A stretch of 64,000 nucleotides of DNA, from positions 1,398 to 65,397 of the forward strand of contig DATJXU010000004.1 of the NCBI GenBank assembly GCA_035499915.1, in the 5' to 3' direction. Positions 28,675 through 38,055 of the stretch are shown here, one piece after another (position 1 is the stretch's first letter; every line of letters begins with the position of its first letter). The notes below the pieces were generated by a model. That model was not told the origin of the DNA, made no database searches, and saw only the letters and a list, made by a program, of their open reading frames with translations. A program made the position numbers and the translations under genes. The stretch is from Acidocella sp. GTDB lineage: Bacteria > Pseudomonadota > Alphaproteobacteria > Acetobacterales > Acetobacteraceae.

Positions 28675-29240
28675 GCCTCGTCCTCACGCTCGGCGCGGCC
28701 GCGCCCATCCTGCGGGCGGCGGGCGAAATCCTGGGCGATGTCAGCAAGCTCGATGAACTGATCGGTCTGGCGGCGCAGCTCATCGGCGATCATCGGCGGG
28801 TTGGTGCGGATGGAGGAGACGACCGTCACCCGGACACCCTTGCGTTGCACGGCCTCGACGAGGCGGCGGAAATCGGAATCTCCGGAAAACAGGATGGCAT
28901 GGTCGAGCGAGGGGGCAAGCTCCAGCATGTCGATCGCCAGCTCGATATCCATGTTTCCCTTGATGCGCCTGCGGCCCAGCGTATCCACGAACTCCTTGGC
29001 GGGCTTCGTTACGAGGCTGTAGCCATTATAGGCCAGCCAATCTGTTAGTGGCTTGAGGGGGGAATACTCCTCGGTTTCAAGCAACGCTGAGTAGTAATAG
29101 GCGCGCAGGAGGTTTGTTTTTGATCCAAAATAATCAAGCAGCTTGCGGTAATCAATATCAAAGCCAAGGCTGCGGGTTGCCGCATAAAGGTTGGCGCCGT
29201 CAATGAAGAGAGCCGTACGCTCCTGAGCTGAAAGTCTCAT
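28671..29240 (-). CDS. NYN domain (LabA/DUF88) protein
   Basis: FIDGANL, KGNMDIELAID, FSGDSDF and LRRQTDQFI. Confidence 0.92.
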   Translation of the reverse strand: MRLSAQERTALFIDGANLYAATRSLGFDIDYRKLLDYFGSKTNLLRAYYYSALLETEEYSPLKPLTDWLAYNGYSLVTKPAKEFVDTLGRRRIKGNMDIELAIDMLELAPSLDHAILFSGDSDFRRLVEAVQRKGVRVTVVSSIRTNPPMIADELRRQTDQFIELADIAQDFARRPQDGRGRAEREDEA

Positions 29241-29363
29241 AATAAAATATTAACCTCTTGAAATGGATGGTTAAAGGTGATGTACAGTGAGCTAGGAAAA
29301 ATTATCAGACTCTTCGTGTGCCTATTGACGCTAAGCCTTTAGCTTCTGTGGATATCACCTTTT

Positions 29364-29879
29364 ATGATCTTAATCGCCATTGGTGCCAATCTTCCTGGCA
29401 AGGACGGTGCTGCACCGTTAGAGACCTGCAAGGCTGCGGCTGAGGCTGTGCGGGCCATCCCTGGGCTCGGTTTTGTGACGCTTTCCGCGTGGTATCGCAC
29501 GGCCGCCATCCCGGCTTCCAGCCAGCCGGATTATTGCAATGGCATCATCAGGCTCGAAGGTGAGGTAGACCCCCTGAGCCTGCTCAAGGCGCTGCAGGAG
29601 ATTGAGGCCCGCTTCGGGCGCGAGCGCTCGGTCGCGAACGCGGCCCGTACGCTGGACCTCGACATCATCAGCCTGAACGGCATTATCCGCGCCGCGCCGG
29701 ACCCGGTTCTGCCGCATCCGCGTGCGCATCACCGCGCCTTTGTGCTGCGCCCGCTGATGGATGTGGCGCCCGCCTGGCGCCACCCGGTGCTGCGCAAGAC
29801 TGTCATCACCTTGCTGGCGGAGCTTCCCCCGCAGATCATTGAGCCCTGGCATGACGAGCTGGAAACGCCGGGTGAATGA
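29364..29879 (+). CDS. folK: 2-amino-4-hydroxy-6-hydroxymethyldihydropteridine pyrophosphokinase
   Basis: IAIGANL, ARTLDLDII and LPHPR...RAFVL.PL. Confidence 0.95.
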   Translation: MILIAIGANLPGKDGAAPLETCKAAAEAVRAIPGLGFVTLSAWYRTAAIPASSQPDYCNGIIRLEGEVDPLSLLKALQEIEARFGRERSVANAARTLDLDIISLNGIIRAAPDPVLPHPRAHHRAFVLRPLMDVAPAWRHPVLRKTVITLLAELPPQIIEPWHDELETPGE

Positions 29880-29943
29880 GCTTGCCTCCCTGCCGCGGCT
29901 GGGGTAAGGCACTCCTTCATTTTTCTGCCTGGAGCGTACCCCT

Positions 29944-30354
29944 ATGGCCCGCGTTACTGTCGAAGACTGCGTTATGAAGGTGCCGAACCGCTTTGAGCTG
30001 GTTCTGCTCGCGGCGCAGCGTGCCCGGAATATCAGCCGTGGTGAACAGCTCACCATCGACCGGGATAACGACAAGAACCCGGTGGTGGCGCTGCGCGAGA
30101 TCGCCGAGGAGACCGTGGAGCTGCCCGGGCTGGAGCAGGATCTGGTCAAGTCCCTCTCTCGCGTGCCCGAGCCCGAGCCGGTGGACGAAGAAGTGATGGA
30201 TCTGATCCCGACCGATCAGAATATTTTCGGCCTGCAGGATGTTTCCGCCGAGGAAGAGGCCGCTGCCATGGCTGCCGAGGGCGAGGAGATCATGTCTCCG
30301 GAAGATATCCAGGCCGCCATCGAGGCCGAGCTCGGCGGCAAGTCCCGCCGTTAA
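29944..30354 (+). CDS. rpoZ: RNA polymerase omega subunit
   Basis: [16 protein letters not shown] and [11 protein letters not shown]. Confidence 0.98.
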   Translation: MARVTVEDCVMKVPNRFELVLLAAQRARNISRGEQLTIDRDNDKNPVVALREIAEETVELPGLEQDLVKSLSRVPEPEPVDEEVMDLIPTDQNIFGLQDVSAEEEAAAMAAEGEEIMSPEDIQAAIEAELGGKSRR

Positions 30355-30358
30355 ACCT

Positions 30359-32620
30359 ATGCGGACAGGCTGCCGTGGTACGAGCCTGTCCCGCGCCCCT
30401 GAGGGCCTGAGCAGCGGTGCGCCAAAATTCCACCCGGAACTTGCCGGGTTGCTGGCGCGCGTTGCCGCCTATGATTCCAAGATGGACCCGGCCGTTATCG
30501 ACGACGCCTACGGCGTTGCCGCCGAGGCCCATGCCGACCAGAAGCGCGATAACGGCGAGCCCTACATCACCCACCCGCTCGCCGTCGCCGGAATCCTTGC
30601 CAGCTATAAATTAGACAGCGCCTCCATCATCACCGCCCTGTTGCACGATACGGTGGAGGATACGTCTGTCACGCTCGCCAGCGTGGAGAAGCGGTTCGGC
30701 AAGGAAGTCGCCTCGCTGGTTGATGGCGTGACCAAGCTGACGCGCCTGGAGCTGCAATCCGACCGTACCAAGCAGGCGGAGAATTTCCGCAAGCTGGTGC
30801 TGGCGATGAGCAAGGATATCCGCGTGCTCATCGTCAAGCTCGCGGACAGGCTGCATAACATGCGCACGCTGGGCGCGGTTTCCGCCGCGCACCGGCGCCT
30901 GCGCATCGCCCGTGAGACGATGGATATCTACGCCCCCCTGGCCGAGCGCATCGGCATGGAGGCGGTGAAGACCGAGCTGCAGAACCGCTCCTTCGCGGAG
31001 ATCGAGCCGGAAGCCTATGACACCATCCTGACCCGCCTTAACTTTCTGCGCGGGCAGGGGGCGGATATCATCGAGGAGGTACGCCAGGAGCTGACGCGCG
31101 TCTGCCGCGAGGCCGGGGTGAGCGTGGTGGAAATCTCCGGCCGCGAGAAATCGCCTTATTCCATCTGGCAGAAGATGAAGCGCCGGAACGTGACGTTCGA
31201 GCAGCTCTCGGACATCATGGCGTTTCGCATCAACGTGCCGACCCGCGCGGAATGCTATGTGGCGCTGGGGGCCATCCATGCCGCGTTTCCGGTGATCGCC
31301 GGGCGGTTCAAGGATTATATCTCCACGCCGAAGACCAACGGCTATCAGTCGCTTCATACGGGTGTGACACTGCGCCAGCCGCGCAACCAGAAAATCGAGA
31401 TCCAGATCCGCACGCCGGAGATGCAGGCGGTGGCGGAGGCCGGGGTCGCCGCGCATTGGCTCTATAAGCAGAACGATGCCTCGCCCGGCGACGTGAAGCA
31501 GTTCGGCTGGGTGAAGGATCTTCTGGAAATTCTTGAAAACTCGGCGGCGCCGGACGAGTTTCTCGAAAACACCAAGCTGGAACTCTATCAGGACCAGGTG
31601 TTCTGCTTCACGCCGAAAGGCCAGCTCATCCAGCTGCCGCGCGGCGCCACCTCGGTCGATTTCGCCTATGCCGTGCATAGCCAGATCGGCGATACCTGCG
31701 TGGGGGCGCGCATCAACGGCAAGCTGATGCCGTTGCGCTACGAGTTGCAGAATGGCGACCAGGTGGAAATCCTGACCGCGCGCGGCGGCACGCCGAGCCC
31801 GGCCTGGGAGCGTTTTGTCGTCACCGGCAAGGCGCGGGCGCGTATCCGCCGGTTCCTCGCGCAGCAGATGCGCGACCAGCACCGCGATGCCGGCAAGTCC
31901 CTGCTGATGAAGGCCTTCCGGCAGGATGGCGTGGACGGCTCCGAGAAGGTGCTGGAGCCGGTGGCGAAGTCGTTCAAGCAGGCCAGCGTGGATGATCTCT
32001 ATGTGGCCGTGGCCACCGGCATTGTGGGGCCGAAGGATGTGGTCCATGCGGCCTATCCCGAGCTGAAGGAAGCCCGGGCACCGCGCATGCTGCCCGGCTT
32101 CATGGGGGGGAGCCTCACCGCCCGTTCGCCGCGCGCCGCGCCGCGCATGGATGCGGGGCTGCCCATTACCGGCCTCGTCGCCGGCATGGATGTGCATTAT
32201 GCCGGCTGCTGCCATCCATTGCCGGGGGACAAGATTGTCGGCATCGTCACCACCGGCAAGCCGATCACCATCCATTCCAAGGATTGCGCCCAGCTCGATC
32301 AATTTGCCGCGACGCCGGAGCGTTTCATCGATGTGGACTGGAACGAGGAGAGCCTGGCCCGGCTCGACCCCAAGGCGCAGAAATTCATCGGCCGGGTCAG
32401 TGTCATCGCCAACAACACGCCTGGCGCCCTGGCGGCGCTGACCAATGCCGTCGCCAAGCAGGAGGGCGCCATCTCGAATCTGAAAATCGTGCATCGCCAA
32501 CAGGATTTCTTCGAGGCGCTGGTGGATATCGAGGTGCGCGACACACGCCATCTGAACCAGGTGATCGCCGGGCTTCGCGCGGCCGCGGGCATCGCGCAGG
32601 TGGAGCGCGCGCGCAATTGA
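30359..32620 (+). CDS. spoT: Bifunctional (p)ppGpp synthetase/hydrolase (RelA/SpoT homolog); exact start uncertain
   Basis: [44 protein letters not shown] (DFAYAVH), CC.P.PGD and ACT domain. Confidence 0.95.
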   Translation: MRTGCRGTSLSRAPEGLSSGAPKFHPELAGLLARVAAYDSKMDPAVIDDAYGVAAEAHADQKRDNGEPYITHPLAVAGILASYKLDSASIITALLHDTVEDTSVTLASVEKRFGKEVASLVDGVTKLTRLELQSDRTKQAENFRKLVLAMSKDIRVLIVKLADRLHNMRTLGAVSAAHRRLRIARETMDIYAPLAERIGMEAVKTELQNRSFAEIEPEAYDTILTRLNFLRGQGADIIEEVRQELTRVCREAGVSVVEISGREKSPYSIWQKMKRRNVTFEQLSDIMAFRINVPTRAECYVALGAIHAAFPVIAGRFKDYISTPKTNGYQSLHTGVTLRQPRNQKIEIQIRTPEMQAVAEAGVAAHWLYKQNDASPGDVKQFGWVKDLLEILENSAAPDEFLENTKLELYQDQVFCFTPKGQLIQLPRGATSVDFAYAVHSQIGDTCVGARINGKLMPLRYELQNGDQVEILTARGGTPSPAWERFVVTGKARARIRRFLAQQMRDQHRDAGKSLLMKAFRQDGVDGSEKVLEPVAKSFKQASVDDLYVAVATGIVGPKDVVHAAYPELKEARAPRMLPGFMGGSLTARSPRAAPRMDAGLPITGLVAGMDVHYAGCCHPLPGDKIVGIVTTGKPITIHSKDCAQLDQFAATPERFIDVDWNEESLARLDPKAQKFIGRVSVIANNTPGALAALTNAVAKQEGAISNLKIVHRQQDFFEALVDIEVRDTRHLNQVIAGLRAAAGIAQVERARN

Positions 32621-33039
32621 TGGCGGGGATCATTCTTGGCCTCGGCACGGATCTTTGCGACATACGCCGCATCGAGAGGGCGCTCGAGAAGCATGGCGAG
32701 CGTTTTACGATACGGGTGTTCTCGGAGCTGGAGCGCGCGCGTAGTGAACGCCGGGCGCATTTCCGCGCCCCCAGCTACGCCAAGCGCTTCGCCGCCAAGG
32801 AGGCCTGCGCCAAGGCGCTGGGCACGGGGTTTTCACGCGGCGTGTTCATGTCCGATCTGCGGGTGGTGAATCTGCCCAGCGGCCAGCCGACCATGGAACT
32901 GCATGGCGGCGCGCTGGAGCGCCTGCACGCGCTGACCCCGGCGGGACTTGTGCCGAAAATCTTCGTCTCACTGACGGATGAATATCCTTATGCCTATGCG
33001 CAGGTCATCATCTCGGCGGTACCTGTTGTGGTCGGCTGA
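32620..33039 (+). CDS. acpS: Holo-[acyl-carrier-protein] synthase
   Basis: [26 protein letters not shown] and SLTDE. Confidence 0.96.
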   Translation: MAGIILGLGTDLCDIRRIERALEKHGERFTIRVFSELERARSERRAHFRAPSYAKRFAAKEACAKALGTGFSRGVFMSDLRVVNLPSGQPTMELHGGALERLHALTPAGLVPKIFVSLTDEYPYAYAQVIISAVPVVVG

Positions 33040-33104
33040 AACCGCTCACGGGGTTGCGGCCGGGGGCTGGTCTTAAGGCTGTGGCTGACAGCAGGAGAGA
33101 TGGC

Positions 33105-33728
33105 GTGGAGCAGGGGCAAAAATATTTTTATGAACCATCGGCGGGGCATGGGCTGAAGCACGACCCGTTTAACGCCATCGTGGGCCCGCGGCCCATTGGC
33201 TGGGTTTCCACCAAGGGGCAGGACGGCAGCGTCAATCTGGCGCCCTACAGCTTCTTCAACGCTTTTTGCTACCATCCGCCGATCATTGGATTTTCCAGCG
33301 TCGGGCCTAAGGATTCGCTGCGCAATGTGCGCGAGACGGGCGAATTCGTCTGGAATCTGGCGGACCGGGGGCTGGCGGAGGCGATGAATGCAAGCTGCGC
33401 CGCCGTGCCTTACGGCACGGATGAATTCACGCTGGCGGGGCTGGAAAAGGCCCCGGCCCGGCTGGTGGCCCCGCCCATGGTGGCGGCGGCGGGCGTGAAT
33501 TTCGAATGCAAGCTGTCGGAGATCGTGCGCCTGAAGGGGTATAAGGGCGACCCCGCCGATGCCTGGCTGGTGCTGGGCGAGGTGGTGGGGGTGCATATCA
33601 ATCCCGCTTTGCTGAAGGAGGGCGTGTTCGACACGTTCGGCGCACGGATTATCCTGCGTGCGGGCGGGGCATCCGCCTATGCCGAAATCGCGCCGGAGAG
33701 CCGGTTTGACATGCGCCGGCCCGGATAG
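33105..33728 (+). CDS. Flavin reductase family protein
   Basis: PRPIGWVST, NLAPYSFFN, KDSLRN..ETGEF and FECK. GTG start after AGGAGA. Confidence 0.88.
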   Translation: MEQGQKYFYEPSAGHGLKHDPFNAIVGPRPIGWVSTKGQDGSVNLAPYSFFNAFCYHPPIIGFSSVGPKDSLRNVRETGEFVWNLADRGLAEAMNASCAAVPYGTDEFTLAGLEKAPARLVAPPMVAAAGVNFECKLSEIVRLKGYKGDPADAWLVLGEVVGVHINPALLKEGVFDTFGARIILRAGGASAYAEIAPESRFDMRRPG

Positions 33729-33729
33729 C

Positions 33730-34068
33730 TCAGGCAGGCAGGATGGCGCGCCCATCCGCCCCGCGCTCAAGAGGCGTATGGGCGGAGACGTCGCGCAGCG
33801 TCAGCCGGCCATAGAGATGCGGAAAAAGCTGCCCGCCGCGTGAAACCTCCCAGCGCAGTGCCGCGCCCAGCGGTGCCAGGGGCACGGCGGCGATCACCAG
33901 ATCCTGCTGTCCGGCGAAATGCCGGGTGAGCGTCTCATCGAGCTGCGCCGCTGTGGAAAGGTGGATATAGCCGTCCGCGATATCCACCGGCGCGCCCTCG
34001 AAGCATCCGGCCAGCAGGGCCTGGAATTGCTCTTGCGTCAAAATCTTATAGGCGGTTTGTTCGGTCAT
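33730..34068 (-). CDS. DUF952 domain protein
   Basis: YKIL, D.ADGYIHLST and WE.SRGG.LFPHLYG. Confidence 0.88.
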   Translation of the reverse strand: MTEQTAYKILTQEQFQALLAGCFEGAPVDIADGYIHLSTAAQLDETLTRHFAGQQDLVIAAVPLAPLGAALRWEVSRGGQLFPHLYGRLTLRDVSAHTPLERGADGRAILPA

Positions 34069-34412
34069 GGCGTCTCTGGTCCCTGAACATTGCCGCAAGG
34101 GCTGGAAAAATTGAGGCAGGCGATTATTTGCGCCAGGACCCTATAGCCGATCCGCCCGAATGTAACGGGGGCGATGGTGGGCGGCATCGGTTTCGTCGTT
34201 TCATCCAGTCGAACGATGCGATCGTGTTTTGTTGTTTTCTCTTGGCCTGTTTAAGAAAATTCCGTTCGGTTCAGGCAGTTGTCTCGTAATATGCAGATGC
34301 ATGGCGGGTGTGCGGCGCCGGCATGCCTGCCGTTGCACGCGGGGGCAAAAAATGCTTTCCAAGGTTGTTTAAAATAGTAAACTGCCCGGCAGGAAACTAG
34401 GAGTGTCTGCCA

Positions 34413-35735
34413 ATGAGCGCCGCGACCCGTCCGAGCAACGATCCCCTTATTCATCAATGGATGCCCTTCACTGCCAACCGGCAATTCCAGGAACAGCCGC
34501 GCCTGATCGCTCGGGCCGAAGGTGTTTATTATTATAATACTCGCGGCGAGAAGCTGCTGGATGGTTCCTCAGGTCTGTACTGCATTCCGCTGGGGCATGG
34601 CCGCCGGGAAATCCGCGAGGCCGTGGCCAAGCAGATGGAGGAGCTGGACTACGCCCCGCCCTTCCAATACGGCGTGCCAACGGCCTTCCGTCTGGCGACG
34701 GAAGTGGCCCAGCTTTTGCCGGCCGGTCTCAACCGTGTGTTCTTTGCCGGTTCCGGCTCCGAGGCGGCGGACACCGCGCTGAAGGTGGCGCTGCAATATC
34801 ACCGCGCCCGGGGCGAGGGGCAGCGCATGCGCGTCATCGGGCGCGAGCGTGGGTATCATGGCGTGAATTTCGGCGGCTGGTCCGTCGGCGGCATGGTGGC
34901 CAACCGCAAGGCCTTCGGTGTTGGCCTGCCGGGCGTTTCGCATCTGCGCCACACCCATATCAAAGAGAATTTTTTCCAGATGGGCGAGGGCGAGCATGGC
35001 GCCGATCTCGCGGATGATCTGGAGCGTTTCGTCAATCTGCATGGCGCTGACACCATCGCCGCCTGCATCGTGGAGCCCATCGCGGGTTCGACCGGCATTC
35101 TGGTGCCGCCGAAAGGCTATCTCAAGCGCCTGCGCGAGCTTTGCACGAAGCACGGCATTCTGCTGATCTTCGACGAGGTGATCACAGGGTTTGGCCGAAC
35201 GGGTGAGGCCTTCGCGGCGCAGACATTCGATGTCACGCCGGACATCGTCACCATGGCCAAGGCCATCACCAACGGCTCCATCCCGATGGCGGCGATCGCG
35301 GTGAAGGAGGAGATCCAGCAAGCCATCCTGGAGGCCACGCCGGTCGGCGGTGTCGAGTTCTATCACGGTTACACCTACTCCGCGCATCCGGCCGCCTGTG
35401 CCGCCGGCTTGGCGACGTTGAAGATCTACCGCGAGGAAGACACGTTCGGCCGGGTGAAGGCGCTGACCCCGGCCTTCCTGGAGCAGATCGGCAGCTTCAA
35501 GGGCATGCCGGACGTGATCGATACGCGCGGTTTCGGCCTGCTGGGTGCTGTGGAGCTGGCGCCGAAGGGCAAGCCCGGCGAGCGTGGTTTCAGCATTCTG
35601 TGCAAGGCCTTCGAGAAAGGGCTGGTGCTGCGCGCGGCGGGTGATTCGCTGGTGCTGGCCCCGCCCTTCGCGGCCACGCCGGAGCAGATCAGCGAGATGA
35701 TTGATATCGTGCGCAAGTTGATCAAGGAAAGCTGA
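34413..35735 (+). CDS. Omega-amino acid:pyruvate aminotransferase (class III PLP enzyme)
   Basis: WMPFTANRQF, SGSEAADTALK, YHGVNFGG, FDEVITGFGR, TMAKAIT and HGYTYSAHP. Confidence 0.9.
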   Translation: MSAATRPSNDPLIHQWMPFTANRQFQEQPRLIARAEGVYYYNTRGEKLLDGSSGLYCIPLGHGRREIREAVAKQMEELDYAPPFQYGVPTAFRLATEVAQLLPAGLNRVFFAGSGSEAADTALKVALQYHRARGEGQRMRVIGRERGYHGVNFGGWSVGGMVANRKAFGVGLPGVSHLRHTHIKENFFQMGEGEHGADLADDLERFVNLHGADTIAACIVEPIAGSTGILVPPKGYLKRLRELCTKHGILLIFDEVITGFGRTGEAFAAQTFDVTPDIVTMAKAITNGSIPMAAIAVKEEIQQAILEATPVGGVEFYHGYTYSAHPAACAAGLATLKIYREEDTFGRVKALTPAFLEQIGSFKGMPDVIDTRGFGLLGAVELAPKGKPGERGFSILCKAFEKGLVLRAAGDSLVLAPPFAATPEQISEMIDIVRKLIKES

Positions 35736-35841
35736 TCGCAAGCGCGTGCATTTGGCAGCTTTGCCAAAATAACGCGATGAAACTCAAGGTCCGGGTCGCC
35801 ATATGCGGTCCGGACCCATTTTTGAATCCGGAGAAACAAGA

Positions 35842-37275
35842 ATGTACCAGGACGTATTGCTGCATGTCGGCGGCCAGTGGCGCGCGGCGCAGGGCGGCAA
35901 GACCCTCGATATCCTGAACCCCGCCACGGAAGAGGTGATCGGCAAGCTGGCCCATGCCAGCACGGCGGATCTCGACGAGGCGCTGGAGAGTGCTGCCAAG
36001 GGCTTCGCCACGTGGCGCAAGCTTTCGCCCTATGAGCGCAGCAAATTGATGCGCAAGGCGGCTGACCTGCTGCGTGAGCGGCTGGACAAGATTGCCACGC
36101 TGATGACCATGGAGCAGGGCAAGCCGCTGGCGGAAGCAAAGACCGAGCTGGCGGGCTCGGCCGATGTGATCGACTGGTTCGCCGAGGAAGGCCGGCGCGC
36201 CTATGGCCGCGTGATCCCCGCCCGTCAGGCGGGGGTTTATCAGATGTCCCTGCGCGAGCCGGTGGGTGTGGTGGCGGGCTTCACGCCCTGGAACTTCCCC
36301 GTCTCCCAGGCCGTGCGCAAAATCTCTGCGGCGCTGGCGGCGGGGTGCGCTTTCATCCTGAAGGGCCCGGAGGAAACCCCGGCGAGCTGTGCCGAGCTGG
36401 TGCGCTGCTACGTGGATGCCGGCGTGCCGGCGGGCGTGGTGCAGATCGTCTTCGGCGTGCCCGCTGAAATTTCAGAGTACCTGATTCCGCACCCGGTTGT
36501 GCGCAAGATCTCCTTCACCGGCTCCACCGCCGTGGGCAAGCATCTGGCCGCCCTGGCCGGCAAGCACATGAAGCGCGTGACGATGGAGCTGGGCGGCCAC
36601 GCCCCCGCTTTGGTGTTCAACGATGCCGATCTCGACCAGGCCGCGACGATTTTGGCCGCCAACAAGTTCCGCAATGCCGGGCAGGTCTGCGTGGCGCCGA
36701 CGCGCTTCATCGTGCAGGAGGGCGTGTACGAGCCCTTCCTTGAGAAGTTCGTGGCCAAGTGCGAGGCGATCAAGCTCGGCAACGGGCTGGAGGACGGCAC
36801 CACCATGGGCCCGCTGGCCAATGACCGCCGTGTGAGCGCGATGGAGAGCCTCATTGCCGATGCGCTGGGCAAGGGCGCCAAGCTCCGCACCGGTGGCCAG
36901 CGCGCGGGCAACAAGGGCTATTTCTTCGAGCCGACGGTGCTGACGGATATCCCCGCCGATGCGCGCGTGCTGCATGAGGAGCCGTTCGGCCCGCTCGCGC
37001 TCTTCCTGCCCTTCCAGAGCTATGAGCAGGCAATCGCCGAGGCGAACCGGCTGGACTACGGCCTGGCGGCCTATGCCTATAGCCGCAATTCCGCGACGGT
37101 GACGGCGCTGGGCCACGATATCGAGTCCGGCATGGTGGGCATCAACCATCACGGCCTGGCGCTGCCTGAGACGCCGTTTGGCGGCGTGAAGGATTCCGGC
37201 TACGGATCCGAGGGTGGCGCGGAAGGGCTGGAGCCTTATCTGGTGACCAAGTTCGTCACCCAGGCGAGTGCTTAA
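35842..37275 (+). CDS. NAD-dependent succinate/alpha-ketoglutarate semialdehyde dehydrogenase
   Basis: TPWNFP, FTGST, MELGGHAP, FRNAGQVC, EEPFGP and PFGGVKDSGYGSEGG. Confidence 0.88.
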   Translation: MYQDVLLHVGGQWRAAQGGKTLDILNPATEEVIGKLAHASTADLDEALESAAKGFATWRKLSPYERSKLMRKAADLLRERLDKIATLMTMEQGKPLAEAKTELAGSADVIDWFAEEGRRAYGRVIPARQAGVYQMSLREPVGVVAGFTPWNFPVSQAVRKISAALAAGCAFILKGPEETPASCAELVRCYVDAGVPAGVVQIVFGVPAEISEYLIPHPVVRKISFTGSTAVGKHLAALAGKHMKRVTMELGGHAPALVFNDADLDQAATILAANKFRNAGQVCVAPTRFIVQEGVYEPFLEKFVAKCEAIKLGNGLEDGTTMGPLANDRRVSAMESLIADALGKGAKLRTGGQRAGNKGYFFEPTVLTDIPADARVLHEEPFGPLALFLPFQSYEQAIAEANRLDYGLAAYAYSRNSATVTALGHDIESGMVGINHHGLALPETPFGGVKDSGYGSEGGAEGLEPYLVTKFVTQASA

Positions 37276-37280
37276 GGGGT

Positions 37281-37448
37281 AAGAAAAAGGCGGCCTTTTT
37301 GAAAAAGGCCGCCCCCAAAAAATTCTGTAACCTGAGCTTTCGCATTTAACTCCATGGGGTGCCTGGCAACCCATGGAGCAGAGGCTTCCCAGCCGGTTTT
37401 AAAAGTTTTTTGACGCCACCTTTTTTTCAAAAAAGGTGGCTTTTTCTT
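37281..37448. repeat. REP-doublet/MITE-like nested inverted repeat overlapping the cmk 3' end
   Basis: Two ~55-bp arms in inverted orientation, each with its own CCTTTTT..AAAAAGG hairpin, around a central CTCCATGGG...CCCATGGAG stem. Confidence 0.8.
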
Positions 37449-38055
37449 TCACAATCTCCAGCGCGTGCGCGAAGGCCTCGTCCGCGTCCATGCTGGTGGT
37501 ATCGATCAGAATCGCATCCTCCGCCGGAATCAGCGGGGCTGCGGCACGGGTGCGGTCAGCCTCGTCACGCGCCGCGACATCGGCGATCACCTCCGCCAGC
37601 GGCACATACTCACCCTTGGCGATGAATTCCGCCTGGCGGCGCTCGGCCCGCGCCTCCACGCTGGCGGTCACGAACAGCTTCACATCCGCATGCGGGAAGA
37701 TCACCGTGCCGATATCGCGCCCATCCAGCACCGCGCCGTTGGCGTTGCCGTAGGCGCGCTGATAGGCGAGCAAGGCCGCCCGCACGGCGGGGATGGAGGC
37801 CACTTGGCTGGCAGCCTTCGAGGTCGCGGCATCGCGCAGGTCGGTGCGCGACATATCCGCCTCGTTCAGCGCCTTCGCGGCCGCGGTGGCGGCGGCTGCA
37901 TCCGCCGGGTCGCCGCCCGCCTCCAGCACACGCTTGGCGGTGGCGCGGTAAAGCAGGCCGGTATCAAGGTAGGGCAGGTTCAGCGCGGCGGCCAAACGTT
38001 TGGCCAGCGTGCCCTTGCCGGCGGCGGCCGGGCCGTCGATGGCGATGATGATCAT
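37399..38055 (-). CDS. cmk: Cytidylate kinase
   Basis: IAIDGPAAAGKGT, LDTGLLYR, LDGRDIGTVIFP and RD..D..R..APL. Confidence 0.97.
   Translation of the reverse strand: MIIIAIDGPAAAGKGTLAKRLAAALNLPYLDTGLLYRATAKRVLEAGGDPADAAAATAAAKALNEADMSRTDLRDAATSKAASQVASIPAVRAALLAYQRAYGNANGAVLDGRDIGTVIFPHADVKLFVTASVEARAERRQAEFIAKGEYVPLAEVIADVAARDEADRTRAAAPLIPAEDAILIDTTSMDADEAFAHALEIVKEKATFFEKKVASKNF

Noticed and set aside
28030-29240. NYN plus UDG as an anti-phage defence pair
   Set aside because: From recall, smpB-udg-NYN-folK-rpoZ is the standard alphaproteobacterial core neighbourhood. There is no defence-island context.
35745-35775. Sigma54 promoter before the aldehyde dehydrogenase
   Set aside because: TGGCA and TTGC are too close for the GG-N10-GC spacing. 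It is a palindrome instead.
37281-37448. CRISPR array or simple terminator
   Set aside because: There are only two units, in inverted orientation, with no spacers or cas genes. The structure is too long and nested for a single terminator, although it may also terminate transcription.
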